Source of the DNA: Podarcis pityusensis
Lineage: Eukaryota
NCBI GenBank assembly: GCA_964106645.2
Contig: OZ067046.1
Strand: one strand, 5' to 3'
DNA length: 64,000 nucleotides
Both the position numbers and the translations under genes were made by a program. Below the pieces are notes generated by a model. That model was not told the origin of the DNA. It ran no database searches and was given only the letters and a program-made list of their open reading frames with translations. Below, piece by piece: positions 61,387 to 64,000 of this stretch; the first letter of the stretch is position 1; every line of letters begins with the position of its first letter.

Positions 61387-61449
<63 letters not shown>
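61387..61449. repeat. Compound (TC)n(AC)n microsatellite
   Basis: Direct reading. Confidence 0.95.
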
Positions 61450-61452
<3 letters not shown>

Positions 61453-61517
61453 TATGTGTAAGCACTCATTCATAATGTGCAAGTTCGAATCTTTAATCTA
61501 CATAGAAACACAGGGAT

Positions 61518-61660
61518 GCTGGTTTTTATTGAGTCAGACCAGTGGTGTACATCTAACTCAGTTATTGTCTACACTGACTGGTAATGACTTACCAGGGTTT
61601 TAGGCAGGTGCCTCTTCCAGTCCTGCCTGGGTATGAACCTGGGAAGATGCTCTTCCTTTG
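61518..61660 (-). mobile_element. Squamate SINE, diverged
   Basis: tgagtcagacca...tgtctacactgactgg...cagggttttaggcagg is a reverse copy of 50560-50683. Confidence 0.6.
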
Positions 61661-63700
61661 TGCTATGGGTTTCCTGCCATAACCAGAGATCTAGAAAACC
61701 TCTGTATGTGTGGTCTTGTGTTGAAAGTGGAGTATATTCAAGATGACATTGGAGAAAAAGCAACCACTGTTTTGATGGGATTGCTGGGAGCAGAATATTA
61801 AGAACCTTATTTAATATTCTCCGCTATAAATCCATAAATGCAACTCTTCCACTTTGCCTTCAGTATTCATTCAAGACAGAATTCAGCAGCAAGTTTGATT
61901 CATCAGACAATGAAATTCAAGTCAGATTGCAAATATGTTGAAAACAAATGTTGCTGACTTGGCAATGAAATGATAATATTTTCAAACAGCTATGCAGGAA
62001 TTAGAGATGTCATAGAATTCAAATGGAAATGGGAGTGAAAATGGCTGTATGTTCATCAGAGACCAGGGAAGGAAATCACACAAGTGAGAACAGTATTCAC
62101 TATTGTTTTTTTCTAATCTGCAAACATTATGCAAATTATTACGTTATTTACTCCACTGTTTTTGACATTTCTGCTCAGATTTCTCCTCAAGCCTTACTAA
62201 CTGAAACTCATCCAACACAACAGGACTGGACAGTTTTCTGGACAACTCTTTCGAGATTTATCTGCTATAACAGTGGAGTCAAGCTCCCCACTGATGCAAG
62301 TGATTTTATTCTCAAAATGCTCTGTAAATAATTCCTTTCGGAGAGTCTGTAAAAGGCCCCATACAGTCCAGAAAAGCTCTGCTAGACAGCACTGTGAGAA
62401 TGGATTTCTTCACATTTAGAAATGTCATACTGAACTCTGTCAGACTTACTTACAAGGATAGAATCAAGGTTGCATCGTTTATAGTTTAGGCTCATGTATG
62501 AAAATAATTACCCTGGCTACTGTTACATCTTCATTACCTTTATTTACTTTTGCTTATTCCAAAGGCCCTCTAAGCTGCAGGCCACGTTCCAGGGAATTTA
62601 TTCATATTGTAATGAGTATGCAGATAACATAAGCTATTATCCCAGTGTGTTCAAACTACTCCATTTGTTGTTTGCGTACAACACAACGCTCAGGGAAATG
62701 ACAGCACTGAGTACTCTCCTATAACTCACATATACGAGAAAATAAAGTAAACCAAAATCTGCCATACTATTTTCTTCTGAGATCATCTTGCTAACATGGG
62801 TGTTTTGAGAGAATAAACATGAAAAACCCCCAGAGATGAAGGACCAAACTTGGGAAAGTGATATGACAGTTAAGGATAGGCAGAACTAAACAGTTCAGCA
62901 TCTTCCATCTTGTGTCAGGGAAATTAACACACAAAGCCCCTGACAGTTCAGTTTGTAGCTTGTAACATACAGGAAACTATCTATTTTTCTGCCCTGTGAA
63001 AATGAGTGGTGCACAATGCTGTGAAAGAATTTCTTATTCCTTTGAAGCTAGAAGCTGCAAAGGTAACCACATTTCCTCAGTGGGAGTGATCCCCACAGGA
63101 ACTATAGCTGAAGCAAGGTGATTTTCAGCAGCAACAAATTCCCCCTACTTACTGAAACAGTAATACCAAAAATTAGTCACCATTAGGGCAAACTGTAACA
63201 GGCCAGCCTGTAGCACCCATGCTGTTAGCAGGTGTTGATCATGCTGGGAAAAGGTTAAGTGGATTCTGTTGACTCACTGAAGCAGGTAGAGTTTTATGTC
63301 CGTGGGATGCCAGAAAAGTAGGACTGGTCTAGCAAACAACAAAGCTTTATGCTGAGAATTGCTAAGGTGCGATAGCTACAGTCACGGTCTCCAAAGAAAT
63401 GTCAAGCCGCACAGCCAAGTTATAGCTATTCTCATCATTAAGCAATGAGGCTAAAGTTATGACATTGTCCCATGAAGATTGTGCACTGCACAATGAAGGG
63501 ATTTGTTTTAGAGCAAAGGTTGTGAGGAACAGTTCATTACTGTTCTGAAATCAAATTTTAGAATATCAGAGAGAAGAAATCACTGCTGACAAAGCAGACT
63601 TTCCACTGCATGGAAAGGTGCTGTCTAATACCGACAGACCACAGGTCGGCAATTTTTTTGGTACTCAAAGGCCACATGGAGATGTGCATGGACACTTTTG

Positions 63701-63842
63701 GCCAGGACAGGCTCAGTCAGAGCATGAGACTCTTAGTCTCGAAGCTGTGGGTTCAAGCCCCATGTTGGGCAAAAATATTCCTGCATCGCAAGGAATTGGA
63801 CTAGATGATCCTTGTGGTCCCTTCCAGCTCTACAATTCTATG
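63701..63842 (+). mobile_element. tRNA-Lys(CTT)-derived SINE with a CR1-like 3' tail
   Basis: gctcagtc..agagcatgagactctta.tctc...gtgggttcaagcccca.gttgggc matches tRNA-Lys; followed by ggactagatgatc...ggtcccttcca.ctctacaattctatg. Confidence 0.85.
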
Positions 63843-64000
63843 CTTTTTGACATGCCAGTAGCTGTGGAACACAAACACTCTTATTCAGTACATATGTCTC
63901 ATAGTTTTACATGCTTGTCTCACATTTAAGCACACACACACTCGCTTAGTCACATTCACACTCGCACAAACCCTACCCCCTTTCAAACACAGGATCGTGT

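Noticed and set aside
63701-63775. tRNA-Lys gene
   Set aside because: Degenerate D-arm and acceptor stem, fused to a CR1-like tail: a SINE head.

Overview
Eukaryotic, AT-rich vertebrate DNA. It is almost certainly from a squamate, probably a lacertid lizard; this is inferred from Sauria SINEs, a BovB/RTE 3' end, CR1 and L2 LINE fragments and many hAT and Tc1/mariner-type MITEs. I cannot identify any host protein-coding gene. The window looks like a very large intron or gene desert, and nearly all ORFs in the supplied track look spurious or repeat-derived. Only a few low-confidence exon candidates are present. Most notable items: (1) a Penelope-like inverted terminal repeat with an 11-bp TSD that carries a minimal type I hammerhead ribozyme motif inside a 68-bp palindrome (30331-30563); (2) a Ty1/Copia pol fossil with the integrase N-terminus joined in frame to the RT YVDD region (41011-41630); (3) a 138-bp, 95%-identical inverted duplication flanking about 860 bp that contains a candidate 52-nt exon (13833-14967); (4) a decayed Charlie/SPIN-type hAT transposase (about 60700-61375) alongside many non-autonomous hAT elements with 8-bp TSDs; (5) nested MITEs, a solo LTR with a 5-bp TSD and a 1.5-kb Blackjack-like hAT element. 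Repeat-family names come from recalled motifs, not from a database search.
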